The notes under the pieces are model-generated. The model ran no database searches. It saw only the letters and a list, made by a program, of their open reading frames with translations, and was not told the DNA's origin. A stretch of 64,000 nt of DNA from an uncultured bacterium (lineage in GTDB: Bacteria; Omnitrophota; Gorgyraeia; Ghiorseimicrobiales; Ghiorseimicrobiaceae), in assembly GCA_913009335.1 (NCBI GenBank), contig CAJVXN010000004.1, positions 2,349 through 66,348 on the forward strand. Direction: 5' to 3'. Shown in pieces: positions 47,930 to 57,456 of the stretch; position 1 is the first letter of the stretch; each line of letters begins with the position of its first letter. Both the position numbers and the translations under genes were made by a program.

Positions 47930-48850
47930 TTATTTTTTATCTTTAAACAGCTTAATCAATACTGCCTTCTGAACATGCAGCCTGTTTTCTGCTTGATCAA
48001 AAACGATAGCATTATTAGTTTTTAAAACACTGTCTGTTATCTCCTCATCGCGATGCGCCGGAAGACAATGCATTATGAGACAATCTTTTTTTGCTATTGA
48101 TAAAAGTTGATCATTTATCTGAAATCCTTTAAAATCTAGGATCCGTTTCTCCCTTTCAGCTTCCTGCCCCATGCTTGCCCAGACATCTGTATATAATACA
48201 TCAGCGCCGGCTGCGGCTGATTTTGCATCAGTAAATACATTAATCACAGCAGATAATTCCCTTGCGATTTCTTTTGCCTTACGCACAATTTCATTATCGG
48301 GACTATATCCTTGGGGAGATGCAATATTTAAACTAATGCCTAATTTTGCGCATAAATACAATAGGCTATTACAAACATTATTGCCGTCTCCGATATAACT
48401 GATAAGAACTTTCTTAATATTACTACGTTTCTCTTTTATAGTAAATATATCGGATAATGCCTGACAGGGGTGAAATAAATCTGAGAGCCCATTTATTACA
48501 GGGACATCTGCATGCTCTGCAAGCTCACTAACATATTTATGTTCAAATGTCCTAAGCATTATCGCATCAACATAACGCGAAAGCGTCTTTGCGACATCAA
48601 AAACCGACTCCCGAACTCCTAAATTTATTTCCTTATGCCCTAAATAAATAGAGCTCCCGCCCAATTGGTCTATACCAACCTCAAAAGAAACCCTGGTGCG
48701 CAGCGAGGGCTTCTGAAAAATAAGCGCAACGCTCTTTCCACTAAGCACCTTAGAATATTTATTTTTATTTTTCTTTACTTTTTGAGCAAGAGAAAAAATA
48801 TCATTAATTTCATTATTTGTTAAATCGCGTATGGCAATTAAATCTTTCAT
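47930..48850 (-). CDS. argF: Ornithine carbamoyltransferase
   Basis: KPSLRTRVSFE, HPCQ, GDGNNV, DVWASMGQE, HCLP, QAENRLH. Confidence 0.97.
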   Translation of the reverse strand: MKDLIAIRDLTNNEINDIFSLAQKVKKNKNKYSKVLSGKSVALIFQKPSLRTRVSFEVGIDQLGGSSIYLGHKEINLGVRESVFDVAKTLSRYVDAIMLRTFEHKYVSELAEHADVPVINGLSDLFHPCQALSDIFTIKEKRSNIKKVLISYIGDGNNVCNSLLYLCAKLGISLNIASPQGYSPDNEIVRKAKEIARELSAVINVFTDAKSAAAGADVLYTDVWASMGQEAEREKRILDFKGFQINDQLLSIAKKDCLIMHCLPAHRDEEITDSVLKTNNAIVFDQAENRLHVQKAVLIKLFKDKK

Positions 48851-48864
48851 AATATATACCCCTA

Positions 48865-49000
48865 ACAAGAAAATTCCTCTGGCCCTTTAGGGCTTCGTCG
48901 TAATCTTTCTTGTCCATAAGGGCTCAGCCCCTATGGCGCTCGCCTTCGGCTCCCTGTTACCCCTTGGAATGGGTGCCTGCACCCCTTCCAAACCTACCCC
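48865..49000. repeat. Multi-hairpin intergenic element, family B copy 3
   Basis: CCATAAGGGCTCAGCCCCTATGG-CGCTCG..CTCCC-TGTTACCCC-TTGGAATGGGTGC..GCACCCCTTCCAA. Confidence 0.65.
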
Positions 49001-49043
49001 AGCAGTACAGTAAAGTATTTTATACTTTCCTATACTGTTAAAA

Positions 49044-50222
49044 TTAAACACTACTTAATACACCGTCTAGTATTTTGACTGCTTTATCAATCTGATTCTT
49101 GCCTACATCTAATGCCGGCATCATCCTTAACACTGTACGGTGAGTGCAATTAATAATCAAGCCTTTTTTAAGACAACCTTCGAATATGATACTTCCGTCC
49201 TGACTCAACTCTATGCCCAGCATAAGACCAAGACCACGTATCTGTTTTATTATCTTATGCTTACTTTTCAAACCCTCTAACTTTTCTTTTAGATATTGCC
49301 CCATATCCGCTGCGTTTTTAAGAAGTTTTTCTTTTTGGATTGTTTTTAATACCGCCAATGCTGCTTTACACACCAAAGGACTCCCCCCGAATGTAGAAGC
49401 ATGCATGCCCGGGCCTAACGTATCGGCAATTTTCTTAGAAGCTACCATAACTCCAATAGGCAATCCCCCTCCTAAAGCCTTAGCCAAAGTTATTATATCG
49501 GGTTCTACTGCGTAGTGCTGATAGGCAAACATCTTAGCAGTCCTGCCAATACCGGTCTGCACCTCATCAATTATAAGAAGCATGTTTTTTTCATCACAAA
49601 GTTTGCGTAATTCCAAAACAAAATCCTTATCAGCGATATTTACTCCCCCTTCACCCTGCACTAATTCCAGCATCACTCCTACAGTCTTATCTGTTACGGC
49701 TTGCTTAACAACAGCAATATCATTAAAATCTACACTCTTAAACCCGGAGACCAGGGGTGCAAAGCCTTCCTGATATTTAGGCTGTCCCGTAGCAGAGATA
49801 CATGCAAGGGTCCGTCCATGAAAAGAATTCTTAAAAGTTATTATTTCATGCCGCTCTCCATTACCGAATACCCTAGAGAGCTTTATTGCTGCCTCATTCG
49901 CCTCTGCCCCTGAATTACAGAAAAAAACCTTTCCCTCAAAAGCCCAATATATTAACTCTTTTGCAAGACGTGCCTGTTGAGGCGAATAAAAATTATTAGG
50001 CAAATGTATCAGCTTGCTAACCTGATCCCTTACAGCAGACATTACCTTAGGATGACAATGCCCCAGATTAGATACGCCCCAACCCGGAAAAAAATCAAGG
50101 TATTTCTTTGCGTCTAAATCGACCATCTTCATACCTTTACCCTTGGTAAAAATATAGGGCATGCGCGTATAAGTAGGCATTATATAATCTTCATATGCTT
50201 TAAATATTTCTTGCTTTTTCAT
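49044..50222 (-). CDS. argD: Acetylornithine aminotransferase
   Basis: FCNSGAEANEAAIK, SFHGRT, QGEGG, DEVQTGIGRT, LAKALGGG; lies in the arg operon. Confidence 0.95.
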   Translation of the reverse strand: MKKQEIFKAYEDYIMPTYTRMPYIFTKGKGMKMVDLDAKKYLDFFPGWGVSNLGHCHPKVMSAVRDQVSKLIHLPNNFYSPQQARLAKELIYWAFEGKVFFCNSGAEANEAAIKLSRVFGNGERHEIITFKNSFHGRTLACISATGQPKYQEGFAPLVSGFKSVDFNDIAVVKQAVTDKTVGVMLELVQGEGGVNIADKDFVLELRKLCDEKNMLLIIDEVQTGIGRTAKMFAYQHYAVEPDIITLAKALGGGLPIGVMVASKKIADTLGPGMHASTFGGSPLVCKAALAVLKTIQKEKLLKNAADMGQYLKEKLEGLKSKHKIIKQIRGLGLMLGIELSQDGSIIFEGCLKKGLIINCTHRTVLRMMPALDVGKNQIDKAVKILDGVLSSV

Positions 50223-51076
50223 TGCTTTGTAATCTCCGTACCTATTCCTTCGTCGGTAAAAATCTCAAGCAGTAACGCGTGTGAAATACGCGCATCAATA
50301 ATATGAGTCTTCTTAACATCTTTACTCAAAGCATCTATGCAGGCGCCTACTTTAGGGATCATTCCCTCCTGAATAATTTCCTCATCAATCAAACCCTTTA
50401 CTTCATTAGTATTTAAAGCTGCAATAAATGAATGCGGATCATCAGCATTACGCATTATGCCTTTGACATTAGTAAGCAATACCAGTTTCTCGGCTGATAA
50501 AGCCCCGGCGACATTCGCGGCTACATCATCGGCGTTGATATTAAAAACTTCCCCATTTTTATCTATACCCATAGGTGAAATTACAACAATAGTACTTTTC
50601 TCGGATTCTTCCAAAATCTGCTTTGCGTCAATAGCAGATACATCTCCTACAAACCCCAGATCAATTTCGCTTTTTTTCTTACGTGCCTGTATCAAATTAT
50701 TATCTTTACCACTAAAACCTTTGACTTTACCGCCAAGCTCTTTTAATTCAAAGACTATTTTTTTATTTAAGGCCGCAAGCTCTTCCTGCACAATGTTTAA
50801 AGTTTCCTCATCTGTCACCCGCATACCTTCAACAAAATCGGTTTTCTTACCGATTATCTTCATACGTTCGCTAATATTAGGTCCCCCGCCATGCACCAGA
50901 ACCGGACGCAGGCCCATATAACTTAAAAAAACGATATCTTCTAAAACAGACGACCTGATTTTATCTTCGCCTAAAATACTCCCGCCGTATTTTATTACGG
51001 TTATCTTATTGTGGAATCTTTTAATATAAGGCAATGCCTCTATCAAAACATCCGCTTTTTTAATTATATGTTCCAT
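50219..51076 (-). CDS. argB: Acetylglutamate kinase
   Basis: EALPYI, VIKYGG, VHGGGP, NINAD, GMIPK. Confidence 0.97.
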   Translation of the reverse strand: MEHIIKKADVLIEALPYIKRFHNKITVIKYGGSILGEDKIRSSVLEDIVFLSYMGLRPVLVHGGGPNISERMKIIGKKTDFVEGMRVTDEETLNIVQEELAALNKKIVFELKELGGKVKGFSGKDNNLIQARKKKSEIDLGFVGDVSAIDAKQILEESEKSTIVVISPMGIDKNGEVFNINADDVAANVAGALSAEKLVLLTNVKGIMRNADDPHSFIAALNTNEVKGLIDEEIIQEGMIPKVGACIDALSKDVKKTHIIDARISHALLLEIFTDEGIGTEITKQ

Positions 51077-51105
51077 CTACCCTCGACTTTCTTAACGAAA
51101 ATTTA

Positions 51106-52242
51106 TTAAGTATATTCGGCGTTTATCTTAACATATTCAGAGCTTAAATCTGAAGTATAAATCCTGGATTTTCCGCTTCCCAGATTTAAGATTATATCAA
51201 TCTTAATATTCTTCTGTTTAAAAGAACTGAATTTGATTTTTATATCTTCTTCCTTTATTCTTATGCCTAAAGAGCCGACTGCGGCAATAATCCTGCCCCA
51301 GTTAGGATTTTTTCCAAAGGCGGCAGTTTTAAAAAGATTAGAATTAGCAACCGATAGCCCTATTTCCTTGGCCATAGCAGGACTTGCGGCACCGCATACA
51401 TTTATCTCTATAAATTTTGTGGCCCCTTCGGCATCCCTGACAATCGCCTCTGCCATTTTAGCCGCTACGAAATTTAACGCACGCATAAACTCAGGATAAT
51501 AACGGCTTTTCAGGGTCAATGCCGGGCCATTGCTTAAACCATTGGCCAAAATAAAAACCGTATCATTCGTACTCATGCATCCATCCACAGTTATATTATT
51601 AAAAGAATTACTAACCGCATTCTTTAAAGCCTGCTTTAAGGCTAAAGGCGTAATTTTAATATCCGTAGTAATAAAACAAAGCATAGTCGCCATCTTAGGA
51701 GAAACCATCCCCGCGCCCTTTGCCATTGCCCCTATATTAACAACAGTATTACCTATCTTGATACGCACCGCGATCTCTTTAATAACCTTATCAGTAGTCA
51801 TAATTGCGCAAGCAGCATCCCTATTACCCGTACGAGCTAAAGATTTAATTAATTTAGGCATACCCTTCTTAATTTTTTGTATTGGTAATGTCTTGCCGAT
51901 TATACCGGTTGACGCAACAAGAACATTATTACTACTCAAAGAAAGCCCCGAGGCTGCGGCCTCAACCATCTTTTGCGTATAGGCCAAACCATACGCACCG
52001 GTAAAACAATTAGCGTTCCCGCTATTTACAATAATTGCCTGGGCTTTGGCACTTTTAAGATGTTTTTTACTTACCCTTAGGGCTTGCGCCTTAAAAGTAT
52101 TAGCTGTAAATACGCCGGATGCTATTGCAGGCACCTTAGAGTAAATAAGAGCCAAATCCTTTTTTTTATTTTTTATGCCGCAATTTACCCCGGATGCAAA
52201 AAATCCCCGCGGGGCACATACCCCCCCAGATATAATCCTCAT
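51106..52242 (-). CDS. argJ: Glutamate N-acetyltransferase / ornithine acetyltransferase
   Basis: NSGNAN, STGIIG, KGAGMVSPKMATML, DGCMSTND, NPNWGRI. Confidence 0.96.
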   Translation of the reverse strand: MRIISGGVCAPRGFFASGVNCGIKNKKKDLALIYSKVPAIASGVFTANTFKAQALRVSKKHLKSAKAQAIIVNSGNANCFTGAYGLAYTQKMVEAAASGLSLSSNNVLVASTGIIGKTLPIQKIKKGMPKLIKSLARTGNRDAACAIMTTDKVIKEIAVRIKIGNTVVNIGAMAKGAGMVSPKMATMLCFITTDIKITPLALKQALKNAVSNSFNNITVDGCMSTNDTVFILANGLSNGPALTLKSRYYPEFMRALNFVAAKMAEAIVRDAEGATKFIEINVCGAASPAMAKEIGLSVANSNLFKTAAFGKNPNWGRIIAAVGSLGIRIKEEDIKIKFSSFKQKNIKIDIILNLGSGKSRIYTSDLSSEYVKINAEYT

Positions 52243-53228
52243 AACAATCCTTCAGTCTGCTTAAATCCATACATTAAATTCATATTTTCTACAGCTTGCC
52301 CTGCCGCGCCTTTAACTAAATTATCAATCACACTAACGACTACAATCATCTTGCTTTCTTTCCTTAGGTAAATAGCAATATCACAAAAATTTGTTTCTAC
52401 CACATCCTTTATTTGCACAGAGCTATTTTGACTACGAATCCGCAGGAAAGGATCATTTTTATAGAATTTTTTATATAACTCTGTTAATTTAGCATCGGAA
52501 ATATTAGATTTAGCTTTTACTATTTTCACATAAGTTGTCGTCATCAAACCACGGAATACGGGCAATAAATGCGGCACAAAATTCACTGAAATCCTCTTGC
52601 CGCTATATTTAGATAACTCTTGATTAATTTCCGGCATATGCTGATGATAGTTTACTTTATAAGGCTTAAAATTTTCTTTTAATTCATCAAGCAGTCCATC
52701 CTCAACGTTCTTCCTACCGGCTCCGGAAAAACCGGATTTCGCGTCAATGATTATAGAATTCGTATCAATTATCTTTTTTTTAATCAAAGGCAATAAAGAC
52801 AATATCGCAGCCGTCGGGTAGCACCCTGGATTGGCAACTAAACTTGCTTTTTTTATTTGCTTCGCATAAACCGCCGGTAAACCATATACACTTGATACAA
52901 CATTATTCTTATCGCTATGTTTTATTGCATACCAAGTAGTAAATTCACCCGTATTTTTTAATCGATAATCCGCCCCCAAATCAATAACTTTTTTCTTAGC
53001 GCGCAAAACAAGCGGGACGAACTTCATCGATTCGGCATGAGGCAAGGCAAAAAATACCAAATCGCAACTTGAAACTATCTTCTTAATATTAAATTTCTTT
53101 ATTCCCAGGGCCGGCCGCGCTCGCCTGGCAGACAGAGAACCAACACAAACATCAGGATGTTTACTTAGAATCCTATTTAATTCCTGCCCCACATACCCTG
53201 ATGCCCCGACTATACCAATGTTTAACAT
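52239..53228 (-). CDS. argC: N-acetyl-gamma-glutamyl-phosphate reductase
   Basis: GASGYVG, ANPGCYPT, SGFSGAG, DNLVKGAAGQAV. Confidence 0.96.
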   Translation of the reverse strand: MLNIGIVGASGYVGQELNRILSKHPDVCVGSLSARRARPALGIKKFNIKKIVSSCDLVFFALPHAESMKFVPLVLRAKKKVIDLGADYRLKNTGEFTTWYAIKHSDKNNVVSSVYGLPAVYAKQIKKASLVANPGCYPTAAILSLLPLIKKKIIDTNSIIIDAKSGFSGAGRKNVEDGLLDELKENFKPYKVNYHQHMPEINQELSKYSGKRISVNFVPHLLPVFRGLMTTTYVKIVKAKSNISDAKLTELYKKFYKNDPFLRIRSQNSSVQIKDVVETNFCDIAIYLRKESKMIVVVSVIDNLVKGAAGQAVENMNLMYGFKQTEGLL

Positions 53229-53293
53229 CTTACCCTCATAATCAATTTATAACTACTTTCACCGTCTATTAATCGACGGAGTCTCGTCTAATA

Positions 53294-53322
53294 ATAATAG
53301 AGTAATTTGGGTTTCCCGTCAA
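53294..53322 (-). promoter_or_regulatory. Putative sigma70 promoter of the arg/lys/dap operon
   Basis: TTGACG-17 nt-TATTAT. Confidence 0.65.
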
Positions 53323-53333
53323 GGAAAATAAAC

Positions 53334-53388
53334 AAAAAAGGCCGGCCTGCATTCCTTATTGTGGATTTGCCAGGACGGCTTATTTTTA
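53334..53388 (-). terminator. Rho-independent terminator after rpsI
   Basis: On the minus strand, GCCGTCCTG...CAGGCCGGC followed by a T tract. Confidence 0.7.
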
Positions 53389-53437
53389 ACGCCTTACTAT
53401 TTAATTTTACTTCTAATCTATTTAATCTTTAAAAACT

Positions 53438-53881
53438 TTAACGTTTTGTCCACTGGAAGCGTTTACGTGCGCCTTTACGCCCGAATTTTTTACGCTCTTT
53501 CATGCGTGGATCACGTGTTAAAAATTTACTCTTCTTTAAAACCGGCTTAAAAGCCTCATCCACTTTTACTAATGCGCGAGCTATAGCATGTCTTAATGCT
53601 CCGGCCTGACCGGAAATACCACCGCCACCTACTTTAGCGATACAATCAAACCTATCAGCGTTATTAGTGACTTTTAACGGCTGTTTGATTAATATTCGGT
53701 CTGTCTCCCGCAAGAAATAATTCTCCCAATTACGGCTATTAACTACAACATTGCCCTTACCGGGAACAAGCCTAACTCTAGCTATAGATTCCTTACGTCT
53801 TCCAGTGGCAATATACTCAATGCCCTCTCGAAGCTCTTCGGAATTATTCTCGACTGTTTCTACCGGTTTCTCCAAAATCAT
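53438..53881 (-). CDS. rpsI: 30S ribosomal protein S9
   Basis: TGRRK, GGGISGQAGALRH, LTRDPRMKERKKFG, QWTKR. Confidence 0.98.
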   Translation of the reverse strand: MILEKPVETVENNSEELREGIEYIATGRRKESIARVRLVPGKGNVVVNSRNWENYFLRETDRILIKQPLKVTNNADRFDCIAKVGGGGISGQAGALRHAIARALVKVDEAFKPVLKKSKFLTRDPRMKERKKFGRKGARKRFQWTKR

Positions 53882-54309
53882 ACCTCCAATTTAATAGAAT
53901 TTTTTGTAACATGGTGAGACTTATCATCTTTAAAAATCTTTAGCTTTTTAAACATCCTCCTACCTAAAGGATTTATCGGTAACATACGCTTCACTGCTAA
54001 TCTTATAACTTGAGTAGGATTCTTAGCAAGCATACCTTCAAGAGATAGCTTACGCAACCCGCTGGGATAGCCTGAATAACGCGTATATATTTTATCTTTA
54101 AGCTTATTCCCTGTAACCCTTATATTTGCGGCATTAATCACAATAACCCGATCTCCTACATCGACATGCGGGGTAAATTCAGGTTTATGCTTACCGCGTA
54201 AAATGGTAGCAATCTTCGTCGCAAGCCTACCTAAAATCTTATCTTTGGCATCTACAATATAGCATTCACGCTTAATATCTTTTTCTTTGGCCATAAAAGT
54301 TGTTTTCAT
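53878..54309 (-). CDS. rplM: 50S ribosomal protein L13
   Basis: LGRLA, LRGKHKPEFTPHVDVGD, SGYPSG, AVKRMLP. Confidence 0.98.
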   Translation of the reverse strand: MKTTFMAKEKDIKRECYIVDAKDKILGRLATKIATILRGKHKPEFTPHVDVGDRVIVINAANIRVTGNKLKDKIYTRYSGYPSGLRKLSLEGMLAKNPTQVIRLAVKRMLPINPLGRRMFKKLKIFKDDKSHHVTKNSIKLEV

Positions 54310-54361
54310 GTCTAAAAATCCTTTAATTTACAAACTATTATGCTGCTTGGTACGAAGGAGT

Positions 54362-54390
54362 AAAATACCATACCTACAGCAAAAAGTCAA
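54362..54390 (-). promoter_or_regulatory. Putative sigma70 promoter of rplM-rpsI
   Basis: TTGACT-17 nt-TATTTT with a TG extension. Confidence 0.6.
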
Positions 54391-54493
54391 TGTTTTTTTT
54401 CAATATTACTTGCTATCGTTTTTTACCCTAAAAGAGAGCATTTTAGAAATAAATTAGGCTGGATTATCTTAAAAGGAAAGGTATATCAAAGTC

Positions 54494-54934
54494 TCACTTA
54501 TAGTAATCCTTACCCCTGTGAAGAAACTGCTCATCCATTCTCTGGGGTAGGAAGAAATTTTGCGTAAACTGTTTCGCTTTAAGAAGATCGAACTCTTTAC
54601 AACAATATATATCAATGGAAATGAAATCTTTAGGAGTCAACGTATGTATTACAATAGAGCTTTCGATGAGAGGCGCCCAGCCGGATAAACCAGCCTTATC
54701 GGGAAACTTAACCTCGTCGCTTCTAAAGATATACGGCGGGGCCTGTTTCTCCATACCTAAATAACCCACAATTTCATCTAAAAACTTATAGCAAAGATCA
54801 ATATCATCGCAAGCACCGGGCGCGCAATCATATAAATCCAAAAGAAGCTGATATCCGAATACTGTTGAGTTTTTAGGTAGTACCTTCAGAATCCCTACCT
54901 TAGCAATAGATTGTTTACTCTCAAGTCTATTCAT
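54494..54934 (-). CDS. Pyruvoyl-dependent decarboxylase, S-adenosylmethionine decarboxylase (SpeD/SpeH) family
   Basis: LLLDLYDC, GLSG...LIES(S)IVIHT, SIDIYCCKEFD; start codon uncertain. Confidence 0.8.
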   Translation of the reverse strand: MNRLESKQSIAKVGILKVLPKNSTVFGYQLLLDLYDCAPGACDDIDLCYKFLDEIVGYLGMEKQAPPYIFRSDEVKFPDKAGLSGWAPLIESSIVIHTLTPKDFISIDIYCCKEFDLLKAKQFTQNFFLPQRMDEQFLHRGKDYYK

Positions 54935-55035
54935 TTTATGATTATATAGTAATCTATAAAAAACCAAAAATCAAGCATTTTTTTCGTTTTTAATACCTTT
55001 GGGGAAACTGCCAATTACCCTCTTATACCCCCAAG

Positions 55036-55473
55036 CTAGCAGCCCAAATTAGGGGCCCTAAAAAGACGCTCTTTTTTAAATCCCGATAAATATCTTGTAG
55101 TAATAAAATAAAAATAAGGACGGATATATTTATTATGTAGTTGATCAAAAATAAGATGCTGCGTCATGCCTATAACTAAACCCATCCAAAACAAACCCAA
55201 CCCAAACTTATATACAATAAACCAAAAAACGATTAAAAGCTCAAAAGAATGCAAAAAAAGATAACTTTTAGCTATCAACGGATAAGGCATAAACACACCA
55301 AAGAATTTTTTGATATTTAACGACCTATACTGCAAAACAAAATCAAGGTAATGATCCAAATCAATAAAAACCCCGGCCAAAAAAGAAGCCATTGCCGCCG
55401 ATAGTGAATTCAAAAACACGTACACAGTACTACTTATTGCAAAGGAAACAGCTACATGATATCTGGGATTCAT
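55036..55473 (-). CDS. Membrane-bound metal-dependent hydrolase-like protein
   Basis: H..., IDLDH, FLHSFE and HLIFD motifs with TM segments. Confidence 0.7.
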   Translation of the reverse strand: MNPRYHVAVSFAISSTVYVFLNSLSAAMASFLAGVFIDLDHYLDFVLQYRSLNIKKFFGVFMPYPLIAKSYLFLHSFELLIVFWFIVYKFGLGLFWMGLVIGMTQHLIFDQLHNKYIRPYFYFITTRYLSGFKKERLFRAPNLGC

Positions 55474-55499
55474 AATAAAAATACTTTTCTAGCGTTAAA

Positions 55500-56207
55500 T
55501 CACTTAAATCTAGATAACATCATTGGTATCTTATATATAGCCTCGAAAACTATTTTCTTTGAAATTTTTGATTTGCCTTTACGCCGGTCTGTAAAAACTA
55601 TAGGTATCTCCTTTACGGCAAATCCTTTTTTATGCGCGATAAAGGTTGCCTCTATCTGAAAAACATACCCCTCGGAACTCGCAGACATCAATAATATCTC
55701 CTCTACTAGGTTTTTCTGATAACACTTATAGCCCCCGGTTAAATCTCTTGTACTTATACCTAAAATACATCTGGCATAAAGATTACCGCAATAACTCAAT
55801 AATTTCCTGGAAAAACCCCATCCTACCGTCGCCCCCCCCTCAATATAGCGAGAGCCTAAAACCAGAGGATATTTTAATACTTCTTCGATGAATTTCGGTA
55901 AATATTTAGGGTGATGTGAAAAATCCGCATCCATTTGAACAATAAGGTCGTAGTTACATTCACGCGCATATTTAAATCCAACAATATAGGCAGTACCCAA
56001 ACCTAACTTGTTAGACCTGGTTATAAGCTTTATCTGTGGATTTTGTTTCCCAATACGCCTGACTATATCCCCTGTTCCATCAGGAGAACTATCATCTATT
56101 ATTAAAATATCGGCTTTAGGAAGCACTTCAAATATACTCCTGATGAGTGAAGAGATATTTTCCTTTTCGTTGTAAGTAGGTATAATAATTAAAATTTTAT
56201 GATCCAT
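55500..56207 (-). CDS. Polyprenol-monophosphomannose synthase (DPM1/Ppm1-like GT2)
   Basis: IPTYNEKEN, DDSSPDGTG, GLGTAY, QMDADFSH, GSRY, DLTGGYK. Confidence 0.92.
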   Translation of the reverse strand: MDHKILIIIPTYNEKENISSLIRSIFEVLPKADILIIDDSSPDGTGDIVRRIGKQNPQIKLITRSNKLGLGTAYIVGFKYARECNYDLIVQMDADFSHHPKYLPKFIEEVLKYPLVLGSRYIEGGATVGWGFSRKLLSYCGNLYARCILGISTRDLTGGYKCYQKNLVEEILLMSASSEGYVFQIEATFIAHKKGFAVKEIPIVFTDRRKGKSKISKKIVFEAIYKIPMMLSRFK

Positions 56208-57456
56208 GATAATTTTTCCTTAATTGATGAGCCACTCGAATAAGTGCCGCGATTAAAATAACGGCACTTAAGGTAACATTCGAATAAAGACTTACTATTT
56301 CATTATAAGACTTTAAAATATCCGGGTTTAATACGCTCGCCAGAAAAAAAGAAGCAATCAATAAATATCTGACCAAGCGGTCTTTCGGATGCTTAAGGAT
56401 ATAATAAATTAAAACCATGCACGGAATGATTAAATGCAGGAATGTGTGCTTCCAGGCAATAGGAGAAAATATCACCATACATATCAGGATAGATGAAAAT
56501 TCCAACAAATGTCCGTATCCGAAATGTTTTTTCTCATTTCTAATCAATCCTTTACAAAAATATAAAATACTAAATACTAAAACTACTGATAATAATAAAA
56601 AAATACCTTTTATTAAGAGAGGAGAAAGTGCAATAATCGCAACCTTTGATTTCTCTGAAAACAAACGCGAAACAGCGCTTAAAAGAGACTGATTTTTATA
56701 CCACAACATTAAATCAGGCGTTGAGTCAGAAAGGCTATTGATCCAGGAACGGACAAAATTAATATTTTTCTCCCAGCCTAGACCGATAGCCGGAATGCAT
56801 AAATAAAATAAAACTGCCGCTATAGAACTTGCCGCCATTTTATAGAATTTACGATAGATAAAATAAGGAATAAATATTAAGGGAGTTAGCTTAATCATAA
56901 TAGCTGTCCCTAAAGCAAATCCGGATAACGCATCTTTCCTGCGATGCAAGAGATAGACAGAAAGGCTTAAGAAAAATAAAACCAATGAATCAGACTGTAC
57001 CCTTGAGACCAAGGTAAAGAAAAACCGTAAAACCATCAAAAACGAGAGAAAATAAACACACTTCGGTAAGTTATTTTCGCCCCGCGAATGAATAATTATT
57101 TGTCTTATAAAATAAACTGACGCCAAAATAGAGAGAAATATCAATAAATACCAAAGCGGCACAGATTTATGCATATGCATCTTCGTAAACGGCACCATAA
57201 AATAAGCAAAGGCAGGCGAATATTTATATACATCAATACCGTGACCGCCGGTCTCAGGGGATTCATATATCTCTTCACCTTTTATGATTCGCTCCCCTGC
57301 CCGATGAAAAACAGTAAAATCAGTCCAGCTTGTTCCCCAGGGCTGATATATTCTCGTAAAATAATAAATGCTTGTTATCAAAGATACAAGCAGTAAAAAT
57401 CCCGCGAATATTAAAAAATTTTTATCTATTCTTCTTTTAAACATTTTACCACGCAA
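56197..57456 (-). CDS. Glycosyltransferase family 87 (DUF2029, GT-C)
   Basis: DFTVF, YKYSPAFA, IKLTP, NQSL, SPIAWKH. Confidence 0.85.
   Translation of the reverse strand: MRGKMFKRRIDKNFLIFAGFLLLVSLITSIYYFTRIYQPWGTSWTDFTVFHRAGERIIKGEEIYESPETGGHGIDVYKYSPAFAYFMVPFTKMHMHKSVPLWYLLIFLSILASVYFIRQIIIHSRGENNLPKCVYFLSFLMVLRFFFTLVSRVQSDSLVLFFLSLSVYLLHRRKDALSGFALGTAIMIKLTPLIFIPYFIYRKFYKMAASSIAAVLFYLCIPAIGLGWEKNINFVRSWINSLSDSTPDLMLWYKNQSLLSAVSRLFSEKSKVAIIALSPLLIKGIFLLLSVVLVFSILYFCKGLIRNEKKHFGYGHLLEFSSILICMVIFSPIAWKHTFLHLIIPCMVLIYYILKHPKDRLVRYLLIASFFLASVLNPDILKSYNEIVSLYSNVTLSAVILIAALIRVAHQLRKNYHGS

Noticed and set aside
53105-53128. GC-rich CCAGG...CCTGG palindrome inside argC as another in-frame insert
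   Set aside because: The stem is only 5 bp, there is no target duplication, and this ArgC region is not longer than usual.
42700-53330. Lysine riboswitch, T-box or ARG boxes in the arg/lys/dap operon
   Set aside because: None of their consensus motifs could be recognised; the intergenic structures match the repeat families instead.
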